From Bacteroidota bacterium (lineage in GTDB: Bacteria; Bacteroidota; Bacteroidia; JABDFU01), in NCBI GenBank assembly GCA_013286805.1, contig JABDEY010000003.1, forward strand, positions 49 through 64,048: a stretch of DNA of 64,000 bases. The letters are read 5' to 3'. Each line of letters begins with the position of its first letter. Position 1 is the first letter of the stretch. Of this stretch, positions 37,471-47,560 are shown one piece after another. The notes beneath the pieces are model-generated. The model was not told the origin of the DNA. It saw nothing but the letters and a program-made list of their open reading frames with translations, and did no database searches. The translations under genes and the position numbers were made by a program.

Positions 37471-38613
37471 ATGCAAATGAACGTTTATTTAGATAACGCT
37501 GCTACGACGCCTCTTGATAAGGAAGTGCTGGAGGCCATGCTTCCTGTCATGCAGGATCATTTTGGCAATCCTTCTTCTATACACAGTATGGGCAGGCAGG
37601 CGCGATCGCTGATTGAAAATGCACGGAAATCGATTGCTAAATTATTGTCTGTTTCTCCCGCTGAAATTTTCTTTACATCCGGCGGTACAGAAGCTGACAA
37701 TCAGGCGATTGCGTGTACCCTGAAGGACCTGGACATTCACCGTGTCCTGACTTCTAAAATTGAACATCATGCCGTCTTGCATACTCTGGAGGCAATGGAG
37801 CACAAGGGGTTGATTAAACTTGAGTATGTGAATCTGGATAAAAAAGGACATGTTGACCTGCATCACCTCGAGGAACTTCTGAAAGGCAGGGAACGAACAC
37901 TGGTATCGCTTATGCATGCCAATAATGAAATTGGAAACCTGTTGCCTATGAAAGAAACAGGGGCGCTTTGTAAAAAGTATGAGGCCATTTTTCATTCCGA
38001 TACCGTACAAACAATGGGACATTATGCACTTGACCTGCAGGCCATAAATGTGCATTTTGTAACCTGTGCAGCCCATAAATTTCATGGACCAAAAGGAGTT
38101 GGATTTTTATATATCAGCAATCAGGTGAAAATAAGCCCTTTTATTCATGGAGGTTCTCAGGAAAGAAATATGCGGGGTGGTACTGAAAATGTATATGGGA
38201 TAGTGGGTCTGGCTAAAGCTATGGAAATTGCTTACCGTCATCTGAAAGAACATCAGGAATACATTCAGGGTTTAAAAACCTATATGATACAGCAACTGGA
38301 GGACGCTATTCCGGGCGTTGAATTTAATGGGGATGCCAAGGGCAGCAGCCTTTATACAATTTTGAATGTTTTGCTTCCGCCAAGCGAAAATGCGGAGATG
38401 CTGTTATTTAGCCTGGATATTCAAGGTATTGCCGCATCCGGTGGTAGTGCCTGCACTTCAGGCAGCAGTCAGGGTTCACATGTATTGCGTCAACTGGGAA
38501 TTGATCAGAGCCGGCCCTCTGTTCGATTTTCGTTCAGCAAATACAATACGAAGGAAGAGATTGATTTTTGTGTCAGCAAACTAAAAGAAATGTATTCGGT
38601 TAAGGTGGCATAA
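37471..38613 (+). CDS. Cysteine desulfurase (NifS/IscS class V aminotransferase)
   Basis: YLDNAATTP, the PLP-lysine context AAHKFHGPKG and the catalytic Cys loop SGGSACTSG. Confidence 0.88.
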   Translation: MQMNVYLDNAATTPLDKEVLEAMLPVMQDHFGNPSSIHSMGRQARSLIENARKSIAKLLSVSPAEIFFTSGGTEADNQAIACTLKDLDIHRVLTSKIEHHAVLHTLEAMEHKGLIKLEYVNLDKKGHVDLHHLEELLKGRERTLVSLMHANNEIGNLLPMKETGALCKKYEAIFHSDTVQTMGHYALDLQAINVHFVTCAAHKFHGPKGVGFLYISNQVKISPFIHGGSQERNMRGGTENVYGIVGLAKAMEIAYRHLKEHQEYIQGLKTYMIQQLEDAIPGVEFNGDAKGSSLYTILNVLLPPSENAEMLLFSLDIQGIAASGGSACTSGSSQGSHVLRQLGIDQSRPSVRFSFSKYNTKEEIDFCVSKLKEMYSVKVA

Positions 38614-38626
38614 ATTAATCACCGGA

Positions 38627-39391
38627 ATGAAAATTACTTTTTTAGGTACAGGTACATCACAAGGTATTCCACTTATTGCCTGTTCCTGCCCGGTATGTCA
38701 ATCAGGAAATTCAAAAGACAAACGCCTCCGCAGCTCCATTATGATTGAGGAGAATGGACATGTATATGTCATCGATACGGGACCGGATTTCAGGTATCAA
38801 ATGCTCAGGGAAAATGTAAAACGTCTTGATGCAGTTATTTTTACACATGAACACAAGGATCATATTGCTGGCTTTGATGATATCAGGGCTTTTAATTATG
38901 TTCTGAAAAAGAAGATCAATGTATATGCAACCTCACGTGTTCAGGGAGCCATAAGGAGAGAGTTTGCCTATATATTTGATACGATAAAATACCCCGGAAT
39001 ACCTGAGATTAATCTGCATACGATAGATTCGATTCCTTTTATGATTGATTCTACACGGTTTACTCCGATCGAATTAATGCACAGCAAACTTCCGGTTTTA
39101 GGTTTTCGAATACATGACTTCACCTATATAACGGATGCCAACTCCATTTCGGAAGCAGAAAAGGAAAAAATTAAGGGCAGTAAGGTTTTGGTATTGAATG
39201 CGCTCAGGAGAGAATTGCATATCTCCCATTTTACTTTTGATCAGGCGATAGAACTGGCTAAAGAACTGAAGGCTGAAAAAACGTATTTCACACATATCAG
39301 CCATCAGTTGGGGCTGCATGCGGAGGTGGAACGGGAGCTGCCGGAAGGTATTTCACTTGCGTGGGATGGTTTAAAACTTGAGTTGAATTAG
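38627..39391 (+). CDS. MBL-fold metallo-hydrolase (PhnP/GPMB-like)
   Basis: 254 aa with the HxHxDH motif THEHKDH and an N-terminal CxxC (CSCPVC) typical of this subgroup. Confidence 0.8.
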   Translation: MKITFLGTGTSQGIPLIACSCPVCQSGNSKDKRLRSSIMIEENGHVYVIDTGPDFRYQMLRENVKRLDAVIFTHEHKDHIAGFDDIRAFNYVLKKKINVYATSRVQGAIRREFAYIFDTIKYPGIPEINLHTIDSIPFMIDSTRFTPIELMHSKLPVLGFRIHDFTYITDANSISEAEKEKIKGSKVLVLNALRRELHISHFTFDQAIELAKELKAEKTYFTHISHQLGLHAEVERELPEGISLAWDGLKLELN

Positions 39392-39392
39392 C

Positions 39393-41279
39393 ATGGCAAC
39401 CAAACTGCACAGTTACAGCCTGGCATTGATCTTTATTTGTACCTCTGCTTCCGTTAGTCTTGCATTTCCTTCCATTACTGTAAACAACAGCTATCATTTT
39501 TTTATTGATCTCACTAAGGTAAAGGGCCATAAATTGGAAATTACCCTTGTTCCTCCTGATTTGGTCTCAGATACTGTAATTTACCACTTTCCGGCGATTG
39601 TTCCCGGCACCTATGCAGTCTATGATTTTGGAAGATTCGTTTCGGATTTCACAGTTTCAGACCAGAATGGAAGCCTGATCAAAACGGAGAGGCTGGATAT
39701 TAATAGCTGGAAGATAAGCGGGGCGAGAAACATTCAAAAAATCACCTATTGGGTGGAAGATACCTGGAACTCGGGAATTAAGGGAAACATCGTTTTTGAA
39801 CCCGGAGGAACCAATCTAGAAGGGGGAAAGAATTTTCTTATTAATACGCATGGTTTCTTTGGCTATTTTGAGGAATATACACATGTCCCTTTTGAGCTGG
39901 AGTTCAGGAAGCCAGCGGGTTTTTATGGCTCTACTTCTTTAATTGCAGAACGGCCTACTTCTCTGACAGAAACCTATCAGGTGAGTGATTACATGCGTCT
40001 GGTGGATTCTCCAATTATGTTTTGTGTACCGGATACAACTACCCTGAATATAGGAGGAGCAAAAATTCTGATCTCTGTGTATGCTGCCAAAAAAGGGAAT
40101 ATTGCGAAGCTCCTGGCAAATAATATTGAGGTTATTTTACAGGCTCAGAAAGATTACCTGGGGGGCAGGTTACCGATTAATAAATATGCCTTTATTATTT
40201 ATATGTTTTCCGGGACTACCCATTCAGGTGCTTATGGAGCATTAGAGCATTCTTATTCTTCTTTTTATGTGCTGCCGGAAATGGAACCTGCGGAGTTGGG
40301 AAAGGAAGTAAGGGATTTTGCAGCGCATGAATTTTTCCACATTCTGACTCCTTTGAGTATTCATTCTGAAGAGATTGGCAATTTTGACTTTAACGTTCCA
40401 AAAATGTCTAAGCATTTGTGGTTGTATGAAGGAGTAACTGAATATTTTGCCGGTCATGTCCAGATAAATCAGGGATTACAAAAAGCTGCAGATTACCTTG
40501 AGGTGCTTCATAAAAAAATGGATGGGAAGGATGCCTATAATGATACGCTGGCGTTTACTAAAATGAGCCTAGGTTGTCTGAACACGTACAAAGACCAATA
40601 TGATAATGTGTATCAGAAGGGGGCTTTAATTGGTTTATGCCTGGATATTGAACTGAGAAAACGCTCAGATGGCAAATATGGAGTTATGAATTTACTGCAG
40701 GATCTGGCCAAGGTTTACGGAGTCACCAAATCTTTTAAGGACGATGAATTATTTGGAGAAATCACCCGACTTACTTATCCTGAAATTGGTGATTTCCTGA
40801 ATTCCTATGTTGGCGGGAATCGCCCTTTGCCCTTACCCGAAGTGTTGAATCTGGTTGGTATCAATTACCAGGAATCATATACTACACGTGGAATTTCCCC
40901 TTTAGGGGGAATTATGCCCGCCTATGATATGGAAACAAAACGGTTTTTTATTCATGCAGACAGTTACAAAAATATAGATGATTTTGGGAGAAGTATTGGA
41001 TTTAAAATTGGGGATGATCTTCTGCGCTTCAATGGAAAAAGGCTGAAAATCAGCAACGCGGAAAAATCATTGGGTTATTACTTTGCCAGGGTGAAAGAAG
41101 GAGATGAGTTAAGTATCGTTGTTTTGCGCCGGAATGAGGATACGGGTAAACAATATAAAGTGAGGTTAAAAGTAAAAGTTAAGCCTACTGAACTGCTGAA
41201 AAGAAACAGTTTGTCCTTCAATGAGCATGCGGATGTGCAGCAAACAAGGCTGCGCAAGGCCTGGCTGGGGGTTAATTAG
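39393..41279 (+). CDS. Peptidase M61 (glycyl aminopeptidase-like) with a C-terminal PDZ domain
   Basis: Signal peptide, zinc motif AAHEFFHILTP (HExxH) with a downstream WLYEGVTEYF, and a PDZ-like IGDDLLRFNGKRL. Confidence 0.78.
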   Translation: MATKLHSYSLALIFICTSASVSLAFPSITVNNSYHFFIDLTKVKGHKLEITLVPPDLVSDTVIYHFPAIVPGTYAVYDFGRFVSDFTVSDQNGSLIKTERLDINSWKISGARNIQKITYWVEDTWNSGIKGNIVFEPGGTNLEGGKNFLINTHGFFGYFEEYTHVPFELEFRKPAGFYGSTSLIAERPTSLTETYQVSDYMRLVDSPIMFCVPDTTTLNIGGAKILISVYAAKKGNIAKLLANNIEVILQAQKDYLGGRLPINKYAFIIYMFSGTTHSGAYGALEHSYSSFYVLPEMEPAELGKEVRDFAAHEFFHILTPLSIHSEEIGNFDFNVPKMSKHLWLYEGVTEYFAGHVQINQGLQKAADYLEVLHKKMDGKDAYNDTLAFTKMSLGCLNTYKDQYDNVYQKGALIGLCLDIELRKRSDGKYGVMNLLQDLAKVYGVTKSFKDDELFGEITRLTYPEIGDFLNSYVGGNRPLPLPEVLNLVGINYQESYTTRGISPLGGIMPAYDMETKRFFIHADSYKNIDDFGRSIGFKIGDDLLRFNGKRLKISNAEKSLGYYFARVKEGDELSIVVLRRNEDTGKQYKVRLKVKVKPTELLKRNSLSFNEHADVQQTRLRKAWLGVN

Positions 41280-41295
41280 ACTTGCCCGAAAAATG

Positions 41296-41856
41296 CTAAT
41301 TGAGTTGAGGGTCTTCGGGGTAGTTAGCCATCATTCTGTATTCTCCACCGAGTGATTTTATGACTTTTGGCCAAAGATCATCTGCCGCTGAATTCATAAT
41401 TACTTCCACTTCGGGCATTGCAACTATCCATGAATGTTCTTTCATTTCTTTGTCAAGCTGGCTAGCTTCCCATCCGGCATAGCCAATAAAAAAACGTATT
41501 TGACCTGATTCGGCTTCTTGTTTTTTAATGAGGTTCTTTATTTTTTTGAAATCACCTCCCCACCAGAGTCCTTTGGTTACTTCTACACTGTTGGGAATTC
41601 TGTCTCCGAGCGTATGGATATAAAATAACTGATCGGTGCCTACTGGCCCTCCCATATATAACGCATCATCATAATGTGGAAAATCAAGGAGCGCTGAATT
41701 TAATTCAAGTTCAATCGTTTTGTTAAGTATAAATCCAAAGGACCCCTTTTCATCATGGTCGGCCAAAAGTACGACCGATCTCTTGAAATAGGGGTCTTTC
41801 ATAAACGGCTCCGCTATCAGAATTCTGCCTTTGCCGGGATATTGCATTTTCTTCAT
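41296..41856 (-). CDS. YqgE/AlgH family protein (UPF0301)
   Basis: 186 aa. ILIAEPFMKDPYFKRSVVLL..H...GSFGFILNK and GGPV....LFYIH are family hallmarks. Confidence 0.85.
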   Translation of the reverse strand: MKKMQYPGKGRILIAEPFMKDPYFKRSVVLLADHDEKGSFGFILNKTIELELNSALLDFPHYDDALYMGGPVGTDQLFYIHTLGDRIPNSVEVTKGLWWGGDFKKIKNLIKKQEAESGQIRFFIGYAGWEASQLDKEMKEHSWIVAMPEVEVIMNSAADDLWPKVIKSLGGEYRMMANYPEDPQLN

Positions 41857-41910
41857 AATTATTGTAAAGATAAAGGATTTAGTAGCCGGTTTTTTTTATT
41901 TTTGCAGTGC

Positions 41911-44256
41911 ATGTTAGGAAAGCATTTCTTCATACTCCTGTTGTTCTCCGGATCATTATCTGTTCTGGCACAAAGCGCCAAAAAATTATACAATGCAGGG
42001 GAGAAGTTTCGTGAAAATCTCAGTTACCAGGATGCCATTAACAGCTATACTCAATCCCTTGAAATAGATCCCAAATACATCAAATCCTATCAGGGAAGGG
42101 CGGCTTGTTATGAGAAAACCGGAAAATTAAACAGTGCGTTGGAGGATTATAAACGTGCACTTGTTTTCGCTCCTCAGGAGAAAGAGTTGTTTTGTGGTAC
42201 CGGGCGTCTGTATTTTGAGCTTGGAAAGTATTCTGAGGCCGATCCGTTGTTAAGAGATGCTATCAACAAGGACAAATACTACAGCGAAGCCCTGGAGTAC
42301 TTCATAAAAAACCTGTTGATGCTAAGAAACTTTCAGGATGCTTTGGAGGCTTCTGAACTTTGGCTGGACAATAAAAAAACAGCTGGTGGCTTTTATTATC
42401 ACGCAGTTGTTCTTGACAGCCTCCAGAATCTGGCCGACGCGGAGAAAGAATACAAACAATCCAAATATTATGACGCCAATTACATCCCTGCTTATGTGGG
42501 ACTCATGCTTGTGGAGAATAAACTCAGGAAATTTGCAGAAGCGATTACTGTATCGGAAGCTGCTATTTCAAAAGAGCCAAATAACAAGGCTGTTTTATAT
42601 GCCCGAAGCATTGTAAACGGCAGCAAAGGGGATTTCTTAGCATCTGTCAATGATATTTCCAAAGTGATTGCTTCTGACCCGAATGATGAGGATCTTTTCA
42701 TGAGAAGAGCCGGGTTCTATGAAAAGCTTGGACAATTTCAAAATGCCATTTATGATTATTCCAAAGTAATTGGGATGAACGGTAAAAATGTTTCTGCTTA
42801 TTACAGAAGGGCCTGGAACTATGAACAGGTTACCGGTTTTAAACTTGCCGCTGCGGATTACGAGAAAATAATGACGCTTGCTCCCAATAATGACAAAGCA
42901 GCACAATTGTTGAAAGGAGCCCGAGAAAGGCTTTATGAATTGAACAGGGAGAATTTTAAACCTGAAATTGAACTGCTGGTTCCAAAGGCCAGCGAAAAGA
43001 ATGTAATCCGGCTTCCTCAGGATAAAACAGAACTGTTGGTAAAAGGGAAAATTAAGGATGCCAGCAGAATTAAATCTATTTCCCTTAATAATTTACCCGC
43101 GAAATATGATGCAGATACATTGAATCCTGATTTTACAGCCACAGTCCAGATTGGTACGGGAAATGAACTGACTGTCACAGCTACCGATATTTATGATAAT
43201 AAACAGAAAATAATTTATTCCATTGACCGCACGGAGATCAATAAACCGGTCGTCATGCTGACAACACCTATGGAGAGTTCAGACAAAGAAATTATGCTGG
43301 ATAACCTTAACCCTGAACTTTATATTGAAGGAAAAGTAATGGATGAAAGCCCGATTGAGGCGATTATTATTGATGGGGTTGCGGCAAGTTATCCCCTGGA
43401 AAGCCTGAACCCTGTTTTCTCCATTAAGTTAAAAATTGCCGACAAGAATGAACTTAATATTAAAGCGCGTGATATCTATGGCAATGAAACGAATGTGAAA
43501 TATAAAATAAGCCGTGAAAGTGCAAATGCTTCCCTGGATAATCCGATGGGCCTTACCTGGGTTGTGTTCATTGAGAATTCAACGTATAAAAATTTTGCCT
43601 CACTGGACGGGCCTCCCAAAGATATTTCCATGATGAAGTCGGCTTTGGCTAATTATAAGATTACCAAGATTATTCATAAAAAGGATCTGGTCAAATCGGA
43701 TATGGATGCTTTTTTTAATATTGACTTACGGGACCAGTTGAGAAACAACAAAGTCAAGTCGCTGGTTGTATGGTATTCCGGCCATGGTAAATATGTCAAT
43801 CAAACCGGGTACTGGATTCCTGTCGATGCCAAACGGGATGATGAAGCTTCCTATTTTAACCTGAATACACTTCAGGCTGCTTTGCAAAATTCATATAAAA
43901 CCCTGGACCATGAATTGGTCATTACGGATGCCTGCGAATCAGGTTCTACCTTTCTGGATGCTATGAGAGGAGATTCAGCTGTTACCTGTAATAATCCACT
44001 TTATTACAAATACAAAACTGCTCAGGTGCTTACTTCATCTGGTTATGAACTGGCTTCGGACAATTCGGAATTTGCCAAAAACATTGCAAAGCAGCTGAAT
44101 GATTCAAAAACCTGCGGGGCATCGGTGGATGGGATATTCCTGAACCTGCTTGCCATTGCTAAAAACTCCAACGGGAAAATTCAAACTCCGAAATTCGGGC
44201 AGATACTTGGGGCTGGTCATGTGAAACCAAGCACTTTCTTCTTTATCCGGCAATAA
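41911..44256 (+). CDS. Exported TPR-repeat / tandem Ig-like / caspase-like (peptidase C14) domain protein
   Basis: I prefer the ATG at 41911 (MLGKHFFILLLFSGSLSVLAQ, a Sec signal), because the track start at 41755 overlaps yqgE antisense. About 380 aa of TPRs are followed by two ~100-aa beta-sandwich repeats (43.0-43.5 kb). Next comes VVFIENSTYKNF..LDGPPKDISMM...LVVWYSGHGKY (His codon 43783) ...LVITDACESGS (Cys codon 43933), the caspase His/Cys dyad context. Confidence 0.75.
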   Translation: MLGKHFFILLLFSGSLSVLAQSAKKLYNAGEKFRENLSYQDAINSYTQSLEIDPKYIKSYQGRAACYEKTGKLNSALEDYKRALVFAPQEKELFCGTGRLYFELGKYSEADPLLRDAINKDKYYSEALEYFIKNLLMLRNFQDALEASELWLDNKKTAGGFYYHAVVLDSLQNLADAEKEYKQSKYYDANYIPAYVGLMLVENKLRKFAEAITVSEAAISKEPNNKAVLYARSIVNGSKGDFLASVNDISKVIASDPNDEDLFMRRAGFYEKLGQFQNAIYDYSKVIGMNGKNVSAYYRRAWNYEQVTGFKLAAADYEKIMTLAPNNDKAAQLLKGARERLYELNRENFKPEIELLVPKASEKNVIRLPQDKTELLVKGKIKDASRIKSISLNNLPAKYDADTLNPDFTATVQIGTGNELTVTATDIYDNKQKIIYSIDRTEINKPVVMLTTPMESSDKEIMLDNLNPELYIEGKVMDESPIEAIIIDGVAASYPLESLNPVFSIKLKIADKNELNIKARDIYGNETNVKYKISRESANASLDNPMGLTWVVFIENSTYKNFASLDGPPKDISMMKSALANYKITKIIHKKDLVKSDMDAFFNIDLRDQLRNNKVKSLVVWYSGHGKYVNQTGYWIPVDAKRDDEASYFNLNTLQAALQNSYKTLDHELVITDACESGSTFLDAMRGDSAVTCNNPLYYKYKTAQVLTSSGYELASDNSEFAKNIAKQLNDSKTCGASVDGIFLNLLAIAKNSNGKIQTPKFGQILGAGHVKPSTFFFIRQ

Positions 44257-47200
44257 TGTTCGTGCTTAAATACCTATCTGGGCGCAAACAAATGCGCCTC
44301 TTTTTGATTGGATTATTTCAATTTCTCCTCCTTAGCTCTGGCGCACAGATTTTTTCTTTTGACAATTATCCGGTTTCTGATGGGCTGGTGCAATCAAATG
44401 TCAAGTGCATCATCCAGGATAAAAAAGGATATATATGGCTTGGAACTGATGGGGGCCTTTCCCGATTTGACGGCAAAGTGTTTCAGAATTACTCTGTGAA
44501 TGAAGGGTTGGCCGATAATAGCATAAGTGCACTCCTTACGGATCATTCCGGAACTATCTGGATCGGACATGCAACTGGTGGGCTGACGCTTTTCAAAGAG
44601 GATAAGTTCAATGTGATGAGTTCTGTTATTTTGCCTGGCACGAAAAAGGTTTTATGCATTTTTGAAGACCTTAAGGGCTCTGTTTGGATTTCCTACCAGG
44701 ATTTTGGAGTAGTAAAGATAATAGATCCAGTTGCTGACCTGAATGATCCGCACAATTTTTTTGTATTCAGGAGCAGTGATGGCCTGAGCGCACTTGTGTT
44801 TGATATGCTGGAGACTAAAAATGCGGATTTTTATTTCGCCACAGATGTTGGTGTCAAGCACCTTATGGCGGATGGGAAAAGTTTTGAGTTTTTAAAGAAT
44901 AAAGAACTGGAAGGGCATCAGACTACGAAAATGCTGGAAGACGATGCCGGCAATCTGTGGTTCGGACTTTATCTCGGAGGTTCCGGATTACTGGCCAGGC
45001 TGGATAAAAATTCGGGAACGGTAACAACCACTTTTCTGAACTCCTTTATTGCTAATCTGATAAAGGATCGAAATGGGAACCTATGGGCTTCCACCTGGGG
45101 CAGTGGAATTATTAAAATCAATTGCAAGACGAATCAACTGACCCGGTTTGGTCCTCAGAATGGATTGAATTCAGAAAAAAACTATTGCCTTTTTAATGAC
45201 AGGGAAGGGAATATCCTGATAGGTTCACAAAATAATGGATTTTATATTTTCAAAGGTGAGCGCTTCGTTACTTATAACTCCTCTGGAGGCCTTGCAGGAG
45301 ATCAGGTATATGCTGTTGTACCTGGGGAAAATTCGTTGATATGGGTTGGCACAAATAAGGGTCTGTCCGCTATTAATCAGAATGATAATACGATCAGGAA
45401 CCTGAGCAAAGGTAACGAAATGAGTATTCGCTCAATGGTAAATGATGGTCTGGGCAATTTGTGGATTGGCACAACTGATCAAAAAGTTATCCGATTCAAC
45501 CTTCCTACCGGAAAATTTTCTACTCCTGAACTCCTGAATGACCATTTTACAAGTTCCATTGTCAACGCTCTTGTCATAGACAAATCAGGCAGACTTTGGG
45601 TTGGTACTATTGGAAGCGGTTTGTGTGCATGGGATGTGAAAGGGACTGATTTGCCAAAAAATTTTACGATTGAAGATGGATTTTTCGGGCAACTGGTTAC
45701 GATTAATTCATTGCTATGTGATCACCAGGGTACCATCTGGATCAGTGTGGACGGAAAAGGGATTGCAAGGTACTCTGGAAATAAATTTATAACGCTTAAA
45801 AAGCAGGATGGCTTTCCTGTTACTGATCCAACTGCCCTGGCGGAAGACAAACAGGGAAATATTTGGATAGGAACCAGTGGGAATGGCTTGTATAAATATG
45901 ATGGAAAGCAATTCAGGCATTTTACTGTCAAAGAAGGATTAACTTCCGATCTGATAAACCTGATCACAGTGGATCAGGGAAATACAGTCTGGGCCGGAAC
46001 AAATAAGGGACTGAGTAAGTTTATTGAAAAGGATTCGCTGTTTATTTCATATGGTAAAAATGAAGGATTCCGCAGCATAGAAACAAAGGCTAATGCAGGT
46101 TATTCCGGCAACGGACGTTTCACCTGGTTTGGAACGGTGAATGGTCTGATCCGATATGATGCAGCATATGATCAGCTGAATACGCTGGAAGCACTCACAA
46201 GCATTGTTGATGTTAAAATTAATTATACATCTTCTTTAAGTTTATCTGCCCGGGCAGAATTAAACTATAAGGAAAATACCCTGTCCTTTTTTTATTCCGG
46301 TATTTGTATTTCAGATCCTGATGCGGTAAGGTATTCTGTTATGCTGGAGGGATTTGAGAGTAAATGGAGACCTTCCACCAGAGAGCGCTCAGTTATTTAC
46401 TCCAACCTGCCTCCCGGTAAGTATATTTTCAAGGTCCGAGCCGAAAATAATCTTGGGATACTGAATAAGATACCTGTCACCTTTACTTTCAGCATTTATC
46501 CGCCCTGGTATTTTACTTTTTGGGCATACTTGATTTATGTGCTTATCGGGGGTATATGGATTGTTGTTTTTATCAAATGGAGAGAAGGCAGGCTGAAGAT
46601 GGAAAATTTGGTACTGGAAGAAAAAGTAAGACTTAGGACAACTGAGGTATTGGATAAAAACAGGGAATTAGATACTAAGAACAAAGACATTATGGCCAGT
46701 ATCCGTTATGCAAAGCGGATTCAGGATGCAATTCTGCCACCGGATGAGTATGTGTTAAAATATTTACCTAAAACGTTTATCTTTTTTAAACCTAAGGATA
46801 TTGTGAGCGGTGATTTTTACTGGTTGCACGATGCAGGGGATAAAATTGTATTTGCTGCCGTGGATTGTACCGGCCATGGAGTGCCCGGAGCCTTTATGTC
46901 AATCGTTGGTCATAATCACCTGGAACAGATTGTTGGTAAGCAGGGGATTACCCAACCTGCTGCGATCCTGGATGCCCTTAATAGGAGTGTGAGCGAAACA
47001 CTCCGGCAATCTAATACGGATGAACATATCATAAAGGACGGTATGGATATTGCCATCTGTATGTTTAACAGAAAAACAAGTGAACTGCAATATGCGGGAG
47101 CCTATAATCCTTTATACTGGGTGCGTAATTCTGTACTGAATGAAATCAAAGCTGATAAATTTCCAATTGGAAATCTTCAAACGGAGGAGCATCTGGGGTT

Positions 47201-47444
47201 TAGCAATCACAGCCTGCAGCTGGAGAAGGGGGATACGCTCTATATTTTCTCGGATGGATTTGCGGATCAATTCGGAGGAGCAGATGGAAAAAAATTAAAA
47301 AGCAGGTTATTTAAGAAACTATTACTTGAAGCTCAGCATCTGAGTATGGAAGAACAGGGAATGTACATTGGGAAAGCCTTTGAAGAATGGAAGGGAAGTC
47401 TGGAACAGGTGGATGATATTTTAGTGATTGGAACAAGGCTTTGA
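44256..47444 (+). CDS. Sensor protein: signal peptide, two-component-regulator beta-propeller repeats with a Y_Y_Y-like domain, one TM helix, coiled coil, and a PP2C/SpoIIE phosphatase
   Basis: There are many G.LW.GT..GL..F/Y propeller blades. YSV.LEGFESKWRP is Y_Y_Y-like. The TM helix is FWAYLIYVLIGGIWIVVFIKW (~46.52-46.58 kb). The PP2C signature is SGDFYW...AAVDCTGHGVPGAFMS...DGF.DQFGG...DDILVIG. The ATG at 44256 overlaps the upstream TAA by 1 nt. An alternative ATG lies at 44292. Confidence 0.85.
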   Translation: MFVLKYLSGRKQMRLFLIGLFQFLLLSSGAQIFSFDNYPVSDGLVQSNVKCIIQDKKGYIWLGTDGGLSRFDGKVFQNYSVNEGLADNSISALLTDHSGTIWIGHATGGLTLFKEDKFNVMSSVILPGTKKVLCIFEDLKGSVWISYQDFGVVKIIDPVADLNDPHNFFVFRSSDGLSALVFDMLETKNADFYFATDVGVKHLMADGKSFEFLKNKELEGHQTTKMLEDDAGNLWFGLYLGGSGLLARLDKNSGTVTTTFLNSFIANLIKDRNGNLWASTWGSGIIKINCKTNQLTRFGPQNGLNSEKNYCLFNDREGNILIGSQNNGFYIFKGERFVTYNSSGGLAGDQVYAVVPGENSLIWVGTNKGLSAINQNDNTIRNLSKGNEMSIRSMVNDGLGNLWIGTTDQKVIRFNLPTGKFSTPELLNDHFTSSIVNALVIDKSGRLWVGTIGSGLCAWDVKGTDLPKNFTIEDGFFGQLVTINSLLCDHQGTIWISVDGKGIARYSGNKFITLKKQDGFPVTDPTALAEDKQGNIWIGTSGNGLYKYDGKQFRHFTVKEGLTSDLINLITVDQGNTVWAGTNKGLSKFIEKDSLFISYGKNEGFRSIETKANAGYSGNGRFTWFGTVNGLIRYDAAYDQLNTLEALTSIVDVKINYTSSLSLSARAELNYKENTLSFFYSGICISDPDAVRYSVMLEGFESKWRPSTRERSVIYSNLPPGKYIFKVRAENNLGILNKIPVTFTFSIYPPWYFTFWAYLIYVLIGGIWIVVFIKWREGRLKMENLVLEEKVRLRTTEVLDKNRELDTKNKDIMASIRYAKRIQDAILPPDEYVLKYLPKTFIFFKPKDIVSGDFYWLHDAGDKIVFAAVDCTGHGVPGAFMSIVGHNHLEQIVGKQGITQPAAILDALNRSVSETLRQSNTDEHIIKDGMDIAICMFNRKTSELQYAGAYNPLYWVRNSVLNEIKADKFPIGNLQTEEHLGFSNHSLQLEKGDTLYIFSDGFADQFGGADGKKLKSRLFKKLLLEAQHLSMEEQGMYIGKAFEEWKGSLEQVDDILVIGTRL

Positions 47445-47560
47445 AGAATGTCCCAGCTGTTCATGAAATGATGTTGGTCATGGTTTTGTAAATTGAATGT
47501 TGCCAGATTTGTGTTGGTCCGGAATAGGATGAAAGCACTTAATTTTTCAAAAATAATAAA

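Noticed and set aside
41755-41910. The upstream extension of the TPR-caspase ORF (track start 41755).
   Set aside because: The extension is antisense to the well-supported yqgE gene and precedes a clean signal peptide that begins at ATG 41911.
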